From contig JBMYXS010000004.1 in NCBI GenBank assembly GCA_049608645.1, positions 5,814 to 69,813 on the forward strand: a DNA stretch of 64,000 bases. Reading direction: 5' to 3'. This document shows, piece after piece, positions 45,495-55,226 of this stretch. Each line of letters opens with the position of its first letter. The stretch's first letter is position 1. Made by a program: the position numbers and the translations under genes. The notes under the pieces are model-generated. The model saw only the letters and a program-made list of their open reading frames with translations. It had not been told where the DNA came from and made no database searches. This DNA is from Pikeienuella sp. Lineage in GTDB: Bacteria; Pseudomonadota; Alphaproteobacteria; Rhodobacterales; Rhodobacteraceae.

Positions 45495-46859
45495 ATGCGC
45501 GTATTTTTCGCCGCTTGCCTTGCCGCTTTGCTGTCAGCGCACCCGGCGGCTGCTTTTTGCGGCTTTTACGTCGCCAAGGCGGATGCGGAGTTATTCAATC
45601 AGGCCTCCAAAGTCGTTTACATGCGCGACGGGGACCGCTCCGTCATCACCATGGCGTCGGACTATCTCGGCGCACCGGCAGAATTTGCCATGGTCATCCC
45701 CACCCCCAGCGTGCTGAGCGAGCGACAGATTCACGTTACGGACGCTGCCATCGTTGACCACCTCGACGCTTATACCGCGCCCCGGCTTGTCGAATATTAC
45801 GACGAAGACCCCTGCCAGAAACGTCTGATGATGATGCGCAGCACTGCCGTCATGGAAGACGCGGGCGCGCCGCCGCTTGGTGAAAAATCACTCGGTGTTA
45901 CGGTTGAGGCTTCCTACACCATTGGCGAATACGACATTCAAATTCTGTCTGCCGAACAATCGGGCGGGCTGGCGCAATGGTTGACGCAAAACGGTTACAA
46001 CGTACCTGAAAAGGCCGAACGGGCGCTTGGCCAATATATCGCGATGGGCATGAAGTTCTTTGTCGCCAAGGTGAACCTTGCGGCCCACGACAAGATCGGC
46101 GGCGGCTTTTTGCGACCACTTCAGATTGCGTTTGAAAGCCCCGATTTCATGCTGCCTATCCGCCTTGGCATGGTGAATGCGCGCGGAAGTCAGGATCTGC
46201 TCTTGTACACGCTGACCCGTAAGGGCCGGGTGGAAACCAGCAATTATCGCACCACCCGCATGCCAACGGACATAGAAGTGCCCCTGTTCACCGCCACTGA
46301 ATTTGATGACATCTATCGCGCCGGGTTCGATGCCGTCATCGCGCGAGAGGGGGGCTCCGGCGTGGTGATGGAATACGCCTGGGACATGGCCTGGTGTGAC
46401 CCCTGCGCCGCTGATCCATTAAGCCGGGCGCAACTGGTTGAACTAGGCGCATTCTGGCTGGCTGATGAGATCCCAAGCACAGGCGGCGCGCAGCCAAAGC
46501 CAAACCAACGCATCATGCCCGGCCCGGCGGTCGATGCTTTCGTAACGCGCCTGCACGCGCGCTATGATGATGAAAGTTTCTCTGAAGATTTAATGTTGCG
46601 TGTCACAGAAGACCGCACGAATTTTCAGGGCCGTTACATCATGCGACACCCGTGGAGGGGGGATTCGGTGTGTGAAGCATCGGAGGCTTATTTTGCATCC
46701 CTGCCCAAGCGGTTTGAGAGGGAGGCACAGGCCCTCGCCAATTTTACGCGCTGGCCGATTGCCGACATCCGCCAGAAAATGGCGGCCACCGGACAAGACC
46801 CCAATGCCCCACCACCTGAACCTGCCCCGTGGTGGGAAAAGATCTGGCCTGATCGCTAG
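45495..46859 (+). CDS. Secreted DUF2330 domain protein
   Basis: Signal peptide MRVFFAACLAALLSAHPAAA followed directly by FCGFYV, the conserved Cys-Gly start I associate with DUF2330. 454 aa. GGAGA RBS. Confidence 0.55.
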   Translation: MRVFFAACLAALLSAHPAAAFCGFYVAKADAELFNQASKVVYMRDGDRSVITMASDYLGAPAEFAMVIPTPSVLSERQIHVTDAAIVDHLDAYTAPRLVEYYDEDPCQKRLMMMRSTAVMEDAGAPPLGEKSLGVTVEASYTIGEYDIQILSAEQSGGLAQWLTQNGYNVPEKAERALGQYIAMGMKFFVAKVNLAAHDKIGGGFLRPLQIAFESPDFMLPIRLGMVNARGSQDLLLYTLTRKGRVETSNYRTTRMPTDIEVPLFTATEFDDIYRAGFDAVIAREGGSGVVMEYAWDMAWCDPCAADPLSRAQLVELGAFWLADEIPSTGGAQPKPNQRIMPGPAVDAFVTRLHARYDDESFSEDLMLRVTEDRTNFQGRYIMRHPWRGDSVCEASEAYFASLPKRFEREAQALANFTRWPIADIRQKMAATGQDPNAPPPEPAPWWEKIWPDR

Positions 46860-47239
46860 CCGCGCGCGCCATCACTGTGTGCAAGGATATTGACGAGCTT
46901 CCCAAACGGGTCGCGCACCATAAAGCGGCGCACCCCCCATGGTTCATCTGTCAGGGGATAGGGTAATTCGTAACCGCTCGCCTGCGCGCGATCCCACAGA
47001 GCCGCCACATCATCCACTTCGATGGAAATGTCAGGAACAGGGGCACCGGAACCGCCTTCGCTTGCCACGCTGATTTGCGGGGCGGCTGTCTTGGCACCGG
47101 GCTTATCGGCCGGGACACCCCATGTGGTGATCCAGCCAAGGTCCATCAACGGGTCAAGGCCGAGCAAATCACGATAAAAAGCAGCGCCATCCTCACCGGG
47201 GGGCGCTGCGATGTTCATCACGATTCTGCGAACGGTCAC
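46856..47239 (-). CDS. VOC (glyoxalase/bleomycin-resistance) family protein
   Basis: 127 aa. Paired beta-alpha-beta-beta-beta pattern (AAFYRDLLGL...; FMVRDPFGKLVNI). Start uncertain: GTG 47239 or ATG 47218. Confidence 0.6.
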   Translation of the reverse strand: MTVRRIVMNIAAPPGEDGAAFYRDLLGLDPLMDLGWITTWGVPADKPGAKTAAPQISVASEGGSGAPVPDISIEVDDVAALWDRAQASGYELPYPLTDEPWGVRRFMVRDPFGKLVNILAHSDGARG

Positions 47240-47244
47240 GAGGT

Positions 47245-47493
47245 TTATTCGGCCAGTTTGGCCTCAAGCGCGGCAATGCGTGCCTCCAGCCGTTCGTTTT
47301 CTTCGCGGGCTTTCTGCGCCATGGCGCGGGCGGCATCAAACTCATCACGTGTGACAAGGTCCATATCAGCAATCCAGCGTTCCATACGGCTGCGGAAAGC
47401 GGTTTCTGCCTCACCCTTGACGCCCTGTGCAACGCCGGCGGCGTTGGTCATCAACTGGCTGATATCGTCGAGAATACGGTTACGGGTCTGCAT
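47245..47493 (-). CDS. ubiK: Ubiquinone biosynthesis accessory factor UbiK (YqiC/BMFP family)
   Basis: ORF 47245..47556. Start ATG 47493 (MQTRNRILDD). The conserved MDLVTRDEFD motif is followed by a leucine-zipper-like coiled coil. Confidence 0.7.
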   Translation of the reverse strand: MQTRNRILDDISQLMTNAAGVAQGVKGEAETAFRSRMERWIADMDLVTRDEFDAARAMAQKAREENERLEARIAALEAKLAE

Positions 47494-47686
47494 GTGATGC
47501 CTCCTAAGGTTACTTCCTATATGATCCTCACACCCGCGCTTCGCAACCTTGGTCAAGCGTCATTCATGCGCGCATGCCCTGCTTTTCCGGCAACGATTGT
47601 GCAATTCAACCATAATTCAGGGCGTAACACCGACTTGACCAAATCGCGCATGCCCCCCAGAACGCCATGACAAACGGGAGCTGCCC

Positions 47687-48556
47687 ATGCCATTCGCCCT
47701 GCCCTACCCTGATATCGACCCGGTGATCTTTACGATCGAACTGGGGAGCTTTGCCTTTTCGCTGCGCTGGTATGCGCTTGCCTATCTCGCCGGATTACTT
47801 GGCGCGCTTTACATGGCGAAATGGTTGGTGCGCCGCCCGAACCTGTGGCGGGGCGATGTCGCGCCCATGGATGAAGAAGCACCAGAGCGGTTGCTGACAT
47901 GGGCCGTTCTGGGGGTCATTCTGGGTGGGCGGCTTGGGTTCGTGGTTTTTTACCAGCCTGCGTACTATCTGGCCAACCCAGGTGAAATTCTACAGGTCTG
48001 GAATGGGGGCATGTCGTTCCACGGCGGCTTCATTGGTGTCATGGTGGCCTTTGTGGGGTTCGCGCGCCTGAACAATATTGCCCTGCTGAATGTCGCTGAT
48101 ATCGGTGCGGTAACTGCGCCGCTTGGCCTGTTGCTTGGGCGGCTCGCGAATTTCATCAATGGGGAGTTGTGGGGCCGCCCGACCGATGCACCATGGGCCT
48201 TTGTTTTTCCCGGAGCCGGCCCTTTGCCACGCCATCCCAGCCAGCTCTATGAAGCGGCGCTGGAGGGGCTTTTGCTGCTTGTTCTGATGTGGGTTCTGGT
48301 GCTCAAGGCCCATTGGCTAAAACGCCCTGGCATGTTGGCGGGTCTTTTTTTCATTGGCTATGGGGCTGCTCGCGCGTTTGTTGAAAACTTTCGTGAGGCA
48401 GACACGCAATTCATTACGCCGGACAACCCCGCAGGGCATGTCGTTCGCCTGGGCACAGATATTGGCCTGACAATGGGACAGTCATTGTCGTTGCCGATGG
48501 TCCTGATCGGTCTGGCGTTCTGGGCCTATGCGATGCGCCAGCCAAAAACCACATGA
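47687..48556 (+). CDS. lgt: Prolipoprotein diacylglyceryl transferase
   Basis: Signature GRLANFINGELWGRPT and the HPSQLYEA motif. 7 TM segments. Confidence 0.9.
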   Translation: MPFALPYPDIDPVIFTIELGSFAFSLRWYALAYLAGLLGALYMAKWLVRRPNLWRGDVAPMDEEAPERLLTWAVLGVILGGRLGFVVFYQPAYYLANPGEILQVWNGGMSFHGGFIGVMVAFVGFARLNNIALLNVADIGAVTAPLGLLLGRLANFINGELWGRPTDAPWAFVFPGAGPLPRHPSQLYEAALEGLLLLVLMWVLVLKAHWLKRPGMLAGLFFIGYGAARAFVENFREADTQFITPDNPAGHVVRLGTDIGLTMGQSLSLPMVLIGLAFWAYAMRQPKTT

Positions 48557-49605
48557 CGCCGCTTGAGACGATCATACGCCGCCAAATCGCCACTGACGGG
48601 CCGATGAGCCTGCACGATTATATGGCAATCTGCCTTAGCCACCCCCAGCACGGGTATTACATCACCCGCGACCCGCTGGGTTCGGGCGGCGATTTCACCA
48701 CCGCGCCAGAGGTTAGCCAGATGTTTGGCGAATTGGTGGGCCTATGCCTTGCGCAGGCGTGGATGGATCAAGGCTGCCCGGCGCCGTTTCGGCTGGTGGA
48801 ACTTGGCCCCGGTCGCGGCACGCTGATGGCCGATGCGTTGCGGGCGACCAAGGCCGTGCCCGGCTTTCATGCCGCAGCTGACCTGTGGCTTGTGGAAACA
48901 TCGCCCACCCTGCGACGCGAGCAAGACCGGCGTTTGCCTGTAAGACCGAATTGGGCTGATCGGCTGGAGCAGGTTCCGGCGGGCGCATTATTCCTGATCG
49001 CAAATGAATTTTTCGATGCTTTGCCGATCCACCAGTATGTGATGCGCAAAGGTCAATGGCGCGAACGTGTGGTGGGGCTGAACAACGAAGACGCGCTGAC
49101 GCTTGGCATCGGCAAGGCAGCCCCCCATTGGCGGCCAGCGCCGGAGGCGGCTGTCCATGAACGCTGTCCAGCCGGCACCGCCATTGCCGCCGAGATTGGC
49201 ACACGCATAGCCCGCGACGGGGGCGCAGGCGTGCTTGTTGATTACGGCTATGACCACACAACGCCGGAGGGGGCAGATACGTTTCAGGCTCTCAGGAATC
49301 ATGCCTATGTCGACCCGCTGGCAACACCGGGGGAGGCTGACCTGACCGCGCATGTCGACTTCCCCGCGCTGGCGGAGGCCGCCCCCTGTCAGGCCAGCCA
49401 GATTACCCCGCAGGGCACGTGGCTGGCACATCTGGGAATTGGCGCGCGGGCGCAAGGGCTGTTGCGCGCCCATCCTGATCAGGCACAAAAAATTGCAGAT
49501 GCGCTCCACCGCTTGACGGATGCGTCACAAATGGGAACGCTCTTCAAGGCGATGGCATTGTTCCCAAAGGGGGCACCGCCCCCGCCCGGTTTTGAGGAAC
49601 GCTAG
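48553..49605 (+). CDS. SAM-dependent methyltransferase, MidA/NDUFAF7 (DUF185) family
   Basis: GDFTTAPEVSQMFGELVG and ELGPGRGTLM motifs. Overlaps the lgt stop by 4 nt. Confidence 0.75.
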   Translation: MTPLETIIRRQIATDGPMSLHDYMAICLSHPQHGYYITRDPLGSGGDFTTAPEVSQMFGELVGLCLAQAWMDQGCPAPFRLVELGPGRGTLMADALRATKAVPGFHAAADLWLVETSPTLRREQDRRLPVRPNWADRLEQVPAGALFLIANEFFDALPIHQYVMRKGQWRERVVGLNNEDALTLGIGKAAPHWRPAPEAAVHERCPAGTAIAAEIGTRIARDGGAGVLVDYGYDHTTPEGADTFQALRNHAYVDPLATPGEADLTAHVDFPALAEAAPCQASQITPQGTWLAHLGIGARAQGLLRAHPDQAQKIADALHRLTDASQMGTLFKAMALFPKGAPPPPGFEER

Positions 49606-50346
49606 ATGGCCACACCAATTCGCAGCGACTATCTGGATGCCAACCACGGTTTCTTCAGCCGACGCGGAGGCGTTTCCACCGGTATTTATGAAGGTCTGAA
49701 CTGCGGTGCCGGGTCATCGGATGACCCGACCGCCATGGCAGAAAACCGTGCGCGCGTTGCTGCTGCGATGGGTGTTGAAACCGTCGTATCATTGCATCAG
49801 GTTCATTCCCCCACGGTTGTGCATGTGACCGCGCCCATGGCCGAAAAACCAAAGGCGGACGCGATGGTGACCGCGACGCCGGGCATCGGCTTGGGCGTTT
49901 TGTCCGCCGACTGCGCCCCAGTGCTGTTCAGCAGCCCAGAGGGGATCGTCGGGGCCGCGCACGCCGGATGGAAGGGCGCCATTGGCGGCGTCACAGACGC
50001 AACCATTACTGCGATGCAGGCCCTTGGCGCATCCGCGATTACAGCAGCCATCGGCCCGTGTATCAGCCAGCGCGCCTATGAAGTCGGGCCGGAGTTCATG
50101 GATAACTTCCTGGATGATGACCCGGAAAACGATCGTTTCTTTGCGGGCGGCGCTGGCGATCGGGTGCAGTTTGACTTGCCTGGTTACCTGCTGAACCGTC
50201 TGCGCGCGGCAGGTGCCACAGCGTCCTGGACCGGGCACTGCACGTTTTCTGACCCTGTGCAGTTTTTCTCCTACCGTCGCACATGCCACGCGGGGGAGCC
50301 TGATTATGGCCGCCACGTCAGTGTGATCACCAGCAAAGAGGCGTAA
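49606..50346 (+). CDS. pgeF: Peptidoglycan editing factor PgeF (YfiH/laccase-domain family)
   Basis: QVHS, ADC and HAGWKG motifs, plus C-terminal CT..D...FFSYRR. Confidence 0.8.
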   Translation: MATPIRSDYLDANHGFFSRRGGVSTGIYEGLNCGAGSSDDPTAMAENRARVAAAMGVETVVSLHQVHSPTVVHVTAPMAEKPKADAMVTATPGIGLGVLSADCAPVLFSSPEGIVGAAHAGWKGAIGGVTDATITAMQALGASAITAAIGPCISQRAYEVGPEFMDNFLDDDPENDRFFAGGAGDRVQFDLPGYLLNRLRAAGATASWTGHCTFSDPVQFFSYRRTCHAGEPDYGRHVSVITSKEA

Positions 50347-50349
50347 CCC

Positions 50350-51495
50350 ATGCCCCATTTTTCATCTGAAGAGTTCGATGCCCGCCTCGCCGCCATCCGC
50401 GCCGGTATGGCTGAGCGGGGCCTTGATGCGATGCTGTTGTTTGCGCCTGAAAGCCAGTTTTGGGCAACGGGCTATGACACTTTTGGTTATTGTTTCTTTC
50501 AGTGCCTGATCATCGATGGGGGTGCCCCTGTCTTGCTGACCCGTTCAGCCGACCTGCGGCAGGCGCAGCATACCTCCACCATTACCGACATTCGCATCTG
50601 GAAAGACGCCCAAGGCGCTGACCCAACCGCGGATCTTGCCACCCTGCTGGCTGAACGGGGCCTGTTGGGCAAACGGCTCGGTGTTGAATATGACACGCAC
50701 GGCCTGACAGCGCATAACGGGCGGCGACTGGACGCGCGCCTGAGCGGTGAAACACTCATCGATGCCTCTGACATGCTGCCGCGTTTGCGACTGATCAAAT
50801 CCCCCGCTGAAATCGCCTTTTGCCGCAAGGCAGGTGAAATCGGTGATGCTGCATACCGCAAGGCGCTGGCGGTTGCCGGGCCAAACGTGGATGAAAGCGC
50901 CGTTCTGGCCGCCATGCAGGGCGAGGTCTTCGCCCAGGGCGGGGATTATGCCGGCAATGAGTTCATCATCGGGTCTGGCCCGGGGGCGCTGCTCTGCCGA
51001 TATTATTCGGGCCGCCGCGTGATGGATAGTCAGGATCAGCTAACGCTCGAATGGGCGGGGGCGTGGCGGCATTATCATTCAGCCTTCATGCGCACATTGC
51101 CCATTGGCACCGCACGGCCAGAGCATCATTCCATGTTCAGCGCGGCGAAGGATGCGCTTTTGGCGTGTGAGGATGCATTGCGTCCGGGCCGCGCGATGGC
51201 TGATGTGTTCGATGCCCATGCGCAAACGCTCGACAAGGCTGGTTTTGGCCATGCGCGGCTAAATGCCTGCGGCTATGCCCTTGGCGCGCGGTTCTCACCC
51301 AGCTGGATGGAACCATTCATGTTCTATGAGGGCGCAGAAACCGAAATGGCACCGGGCATGGTGTTCTTTCTGCATATGATCTTGATGGACAGTGAAACAG
51401 GCGCGGCAATGACACTGGGCCGAACATCGCTGATTACCGCGGACGGGGCCGATCAGCTGACCGCATTGCCGTTGACAATGGACATTGCACAATGA
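50350..51495 (+). CDS. M24 family metallopeptidase (Xaa-Pro peptidase/creatinase-like)
   Basis: Creatinase_N-like domain plus a pita-bread domain. 381 aa. The stop overlaps the next start (ATGA). Confidence 0.7.
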   Translation: MPHFSSEEFDARLAAIRAGMAERGLDAMLLFAPESQFWATGYDTFGYCFFQCLIIDGGAPVLLTRSADLRQAQHTSTITDIRIWKDAQGADPTADLATLLAERGLLGKRLGVEYDTHGLTAHNGRRLDARLSGETLIDASDMLPRLRLIKSPAEIAFCRKAGEIGDAAYRKALAVAGPNVDESAVLAAMQGEVFAQGGDYAGNEFIIGSGPGALLCRYYSGRRVMDSQDQLTLEWAGAWRHYHSAFMRTLPIGTARPEHHSMFSAAKDALLACEDALRPGRAMADVFDAHAQTLDKAGFGHARLNACGYALGARFSPSWMEPFMFYEGAETEMAPGMVFFLHMILMDSETGAAMTLGRTSLITADGADQLTALPLTMDIAQ

Positions 51496-52211
51496 AGCGC
51501 CTTGTGCCGCTTGCTTTCTTAGCCGCTTGTGGCCCCGCGCTGACCAACCCGCCAGCCAACCCGCCGATCGCAGAAGAACCGACCCAGCGCATTTTTCTGG
51601 CCGAAGGCGGCACCATTCGGGTTGAGGATGACCCCTATTCGCGCCGCCCCATCAGGTATGCGGACCATGACGCCTATGTCACCAAGATTTCCGACAAGGT
51701 TGCATTGGTGGTCGAACCGCAACTGTCTGCGCCTGCTGCGGTTTCCAATCTGCTTGGCGCCGCGCTGGTCCGCCGGTTTCAAGGCCAGTTGCCAGAGGCC
51801 GAAGCCCTTTCCGCGCCCCGCGTCTTTTTCATCCAACCCGTGCTCAGCGCAGAGGCAACACGCCAGACGGGCAAGATGGTCGTAGACTGGCACCTGCGCA
51901 CGGCTGACCGCCGCGATGTCGGCGCGGTCTATGCCACGCGCCGGTTATCCGGTCAGATGACCGGAACGGACCCGCTGACCGCCTTTACCGTTGCGGATGC
52001 GGAGCATATTGCCCTGCAAACCGCCGCGCATCTAATCGACACGCCGGCAATCAGCGCCGCGATGCGAGATGCGCAAACCCTCGCGATTATCAGCCAGACA
52101 CCTGCGCCGGCAAAGCGGCCTGCGCGGCTGGGCCCTGCCAAGACATCACCCGATGCCTCCCCTCTGCGCGCGCCGGCCCCCGCAAGCAAGCCCAAACGAA
52201 ATGGTGAATAG
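51492..52211 (+). CDS. Lipoprotein (hypothetical) with a Pro/Ala-rich C-terminal tail
   Basis: Lipobox LAAC (MKRLVPLAFLAAC). Translationally coupled to the preceding M24 gene. Confidence 0.5.
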   Translation: MKRLVPLAFLAACGPALTNPPANPPIAEEPTQRIFLAEGGTIRVEDDPYSRRPIRYADHDAYVTKISDKVALVVEPQLSAPAAVSNLLGAALVRRFQGQLPEAEALSAPRVFFIQPVLSAEATRQTGKMVVDWHLRTADRRDVGAVYATRRLSGQMTGTDPLTAFTVADAEHIALQTAAHLIDTPAISAAMRDAQTLAIISQTPAPAKRPARLGPAKTSPDASPLRAPAPASKPKRNGE

Positions 52212-52389
52212 GGGTACAGCAAACCCGTACCCGCGCTTGAAAAGACCACGCCGCGTCGGCTGAAAAGCCCCGGCCACTGCGCCAAAACCGCGGCCAATTC
52301 CCCATATCGCCCTAAATACCGCTGCGCGGGTTTACTATGGGGGGCCTCAAAGCTAGTTTCGCGCGCCTTTCATGCGTAGGAGACTCCCC

Positions 52390-53718
52390 GTGCCCGCCCC
52401 AGTCAATCCATACCTCTATCTGCCGATGGAGATTGCATCGCGCGAACTCGACTCGCGTTTGCTGATCACTCTGTTCGCAGCCAAAAGCGGCATGGATGTT
52501 GTTATCGGCCAGAAATGGCTGCTTCAGAAAAACGTAAAGACAACGAAACCCGGCGTGTGGTTGTTCAAAACACTGACCGTACGCGACGGCGAGGCGATGA
52601 AATCACTGACTGACGCCGGACATCGGGTCAGCGCCATCGACGAAGAAATGCCGGGCCTCGGTGAAGGTTGCGAGAACCTGCGCTGGGTCAACGATCAAAC
52701 CGTATCGCGCTGCGAAACCATCTTTTGCCTCGGTGAACGCCACCGCCGCGCAATGGTGGAAATGTATCCCGATCAGGCCGAAAAAATGACAATCGCAGGC
52801 AACCCGCGTTGGGATGTGATGCGCCCTGAGCTGCGCGGCCTGTTTGCTGAAGAGGTCGCAAGGTTTCGCAAGGAACACGCGCCTTTCATTCTGATCAACA
52901 CCAACGTCGGCCTGATGAATTCGGCCAAGGGCACCGCCGATCAACTGGTCGATAAACTGGCAAAGGCAGGCAAGGTTGACCTTTCCCAGCCCGACGACAA
53001 AAAATTCATTGATGATCTGAAAGCCTTCGAAAGCGCGAACTTTGATGCGGTTCCGGGTTTGATCAAGCGCCTGTTGGCCGAGTTTCCCGACCACAATGTG
53101 GTGCTGCGCCCGCATCCAACGGAAAAGCTCGAACCCTATCAGGCAGCGATTGATGGCAACCCCCGCGCGCGCATCGTTCGTGAAGGGTCCGCCGCACCTT
53201 GGATCGCAGCCAGCGATGGCATGATTCACACCAGTTGCACGACCGCGACAGAGGCATTTGCGCTTGGGGTTAATACGGTTTGTTACCAGACCGCCCCATC
53301 GTCATTCCATGAATATTTCCTCTCTGGCTCGCTCTCGGATGTTGCCACGAACGAAGATGAAGTCATCGGCGCAATGCGCAACATCGTTGATACGGGGAAA
53401 GGGTCAGCCAATGACCCCGAAAAGACAAAGACGTTCCACTATAATTTCGCTGCGCAATCAGGCCCCTTTGCCGCTGAGGTCATCGTGGGCGAAGCGCAAA
53501 AGAAAATGAAATCCGATGCTGAACCGTGGAAACCTGGCCTGTTCTTCAAACGCTGGAACTGGCGCACGGAGTATCAGAAACGGGTTATGCCGGATTACGC
53601 CCCGGAGGTTATCGAAACGCGCCTGAATGTTCTTGCCAAAACCATGGGGGAGCATGATCTGGCGCTGGATGTGCGAAGATGTGGGCGCGGCATATATCAC
53701 GTGCGCCGCAAGCCCTGA
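52390..53718 (+). CDS. Surface-carbohydrate biosynthesis protein family (GT-B/capsule-transferase-like), function unknown
   Basis: ORF 52372..53718. The better start is GTG 52390, 7 nt after AGGAG. The N-terminal YLYLPMEIASRELDSRLL block and the C-terminal RPHP...IHTSCTTATEA block resemble the uncharacterised surface-carbohydrate biosynthesis family found in O-antigen/capsule loci. Confidence 0.45.
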   Translation: MPAPVNPYLYLPMEIASRELDSRLLITLFAAKSGMDVVIGQKWLLQKNVKTTKPGVWLFKTLTVRDGEAMKSLTDAGHRVSAIDEEMPGLGEGCENLRWVNDQTVSRCETIFCLGERHRRAMVEMYPDQAEKMTIAGNPRWDVMRPELRGLFAEEVARFRKEHAPFILINTNVGLMNSAKGTADQLVDKLAKAGKVDLSQPDDKKFIDDLKAFESANFDAVPGLIKRLLAEFPDHNVVLRPHPTEKLEPYQAAIDGNPRARIVREGSAAPWIAASDGMIHTSCTTATEAFALGVNTVCYQTAPSSFHEYFLSGSLSDVATNEDEVIGAMRNIVDTGKGSANDPEKTKTFHYNFAAQSGPFAAEVIVGEAQKKMKSDAEPWKPGLFFKRWNWRTEYQKRVMPDYAPEVIETRLNVLAKTMGEHDLALDVRRCGRGIYHVRRKP

Positions 53719-53768
53719 GCGCATCTTTTCCACGCACCGGCAAACGGTAAGCAGGGGTAAAAAGTGCA

Positions 53769-54623
53769 ATGAAATTGGCCCTTGGAACTGTTCAGTTCGG
53801 CATTGATTATGGTGCCTTTAACGCCAGCGGGCAAACACCGCTTTCGGAGGTAAGAGCCGTGCTTGCCCGCGCAAAATCTGCGGGCATCACTGTGCTGGAT
53901 ACCGCCCGCGCCTATGGGGCAGCAGAAGATGTTCTGGCACAAGCCGCCGCGCCTGCGCAGTTTGACATCATAACCAAATGTCCGGACCTGAGCCGCGAAG
54001 CAGACCCCGTCGCCGCGCTTGGCGCTGCGTTTGAAACATCTTGCAGGACGCTCGGCGTGTCGCAGGTCTATGGATATCTGCTGCACAACAGTGCCGACCT
54101 GATGCGGTCCGGCGTATGGGATGCGTTAGAGGCACTTGTGCATAAGGGACGGGTCAGCCGCATCGGCGTTTCCGGCTATGAAGTTGCCGAAGTCGGTGCG
54201 TTATGTGAACGCTTTCCCATAACGCTTACCCAACTACCCGCGAACGTATTGGCACCGTGGTTTGAAGCGGTCACCTTGCCCGAAACGGTTGAACTGCATG
54301 TACGGTCAGCCTTTCTTCAGGGATTTCTGTTGAGCGATCCCGCGCATTTACCGACCCATTTCCAACCATGGCGCGCGACGTTGGAAGGGTTTCGCGCACA
54401 GGCCGCCGCACAAGACCTGACACCCCTGCAAGCGGCCCTCGCCCCCCTGCTGACCAGCCCGCAGATTTCCCGGGTTGTACTCGGTGTTGAAAACCTCGCG
54501 CAGTTGGACGAAATTCTACAGGCCACAAAGATCGCCGCGCGCCGCTCGGATGTTACCATCGGCCCCTTTCCCGATGTGACGGCCGATCTGACAGACCCCC
54601 GCAGATGGAACCGCACCAAATGA
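53769..54623 (+). CDS. Aldo/keto reductase
   Basis: (beta/alpha)8 AKR pattern: LDTARAYG (catalytic Tyr), IITK (Lys), YLLH (His). 284 aa. Confidence 0.75.
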   Translation: MKLALGTVQFGIDYGAFNASGQTPLSEVRAVLARAKSAGITVLDTARAYGAAEDVLAQAAAPAQFDIITKCPDLSREADPVAALGAAFETSCRTLGVSQVYGYLLHNSADLMRSGVWDALEALVHKGRVSRIGVSGYEVAEVGALCERFPITLTQLPANVLAPWFEAVTLPETVELHVRSAFLQGFLLSDPAHLPTHFQPWRATLEGFRAQAAAQDLTPLQAALAPLLTSPQISRVVLGVENLAQLDEILQATKIAARRSDVTIGPFPDVTADLTDPRRWNRTK

Positions 54624-55189
54624 ATACCCTTACAGCCGCCGCCGACACCACGAAGTACCACGACGATGGCCGGGTTTATCTGCGCAAACTGACGCCGGAT
54701 GATGTGACGGACACTTACCTTGGCTGGTTCAAAGACCCCATTGTCACCGAATATCTGGATGCCAAGAACCTGTCGCGCACTGACGTGGTTGATTACATGG
54801 TTGATGGCCACAATGGCGGTGTCCACATCATGTATGGGATTTTTGACCGCGAGAATGACCGACAAATCGGCAATGTAAAAATTGGCCCGATTGTCTGGCG
54901 GCACGGCACCGCCGGGCTGGTAACATTCATCGGTGAACGTGACTATTGGGGTAAAGGCTACGCACGCGAAGCCATCAAGATCGGCACCCGCCTTGCTTTT
55001 GATCAGCTTGACCTGCGGAAACTGTCCGACGGCGTGGCAGAGGGCAATACCGGCTCAACAAAGGCCTATACCGCTGCCGGGTGGGTGGTAGAGGCCCGCA
55101 TGAAGGGCCACCACCTGATTGATGGCGACCCCCGCGATCGCATCGTGATCAGTTGCTTCAACCCAAAATTTTTCCCCGCCGAAGGCTAA
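54620..55189 (+). CDS. GNAT family N-acetyltransferase (RimJ/RimL-like)
   Basis: ORF 54605..55189. ATG 54620 overlaps the AKR stop (ATGA). Acetyl-CoA motif WGKGYAREA. Confidence 0.75.
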   Translation: MNTLTAAADTTKYHDDGRVYLRKLTPDDVTDTYLGWFKDPIVTEYLDAKNLSRTDVVDYMVDGHNGGVHIMYGIFDRENDRQIGNVKIGPIVWRHGTAGLVTFIGERDYWGKGYAREAIKIGTRLAFDQLDLRKLSDGVAEGNTGSTKAYTAAGWVVEARMKGHHLIDGDPRDRIVISCFNPKFFPAEG

Positions 55190-55226
55190 CCGCGCCGCCG
55201 ACAACTCGGGCTACAACTGCCGCGGG

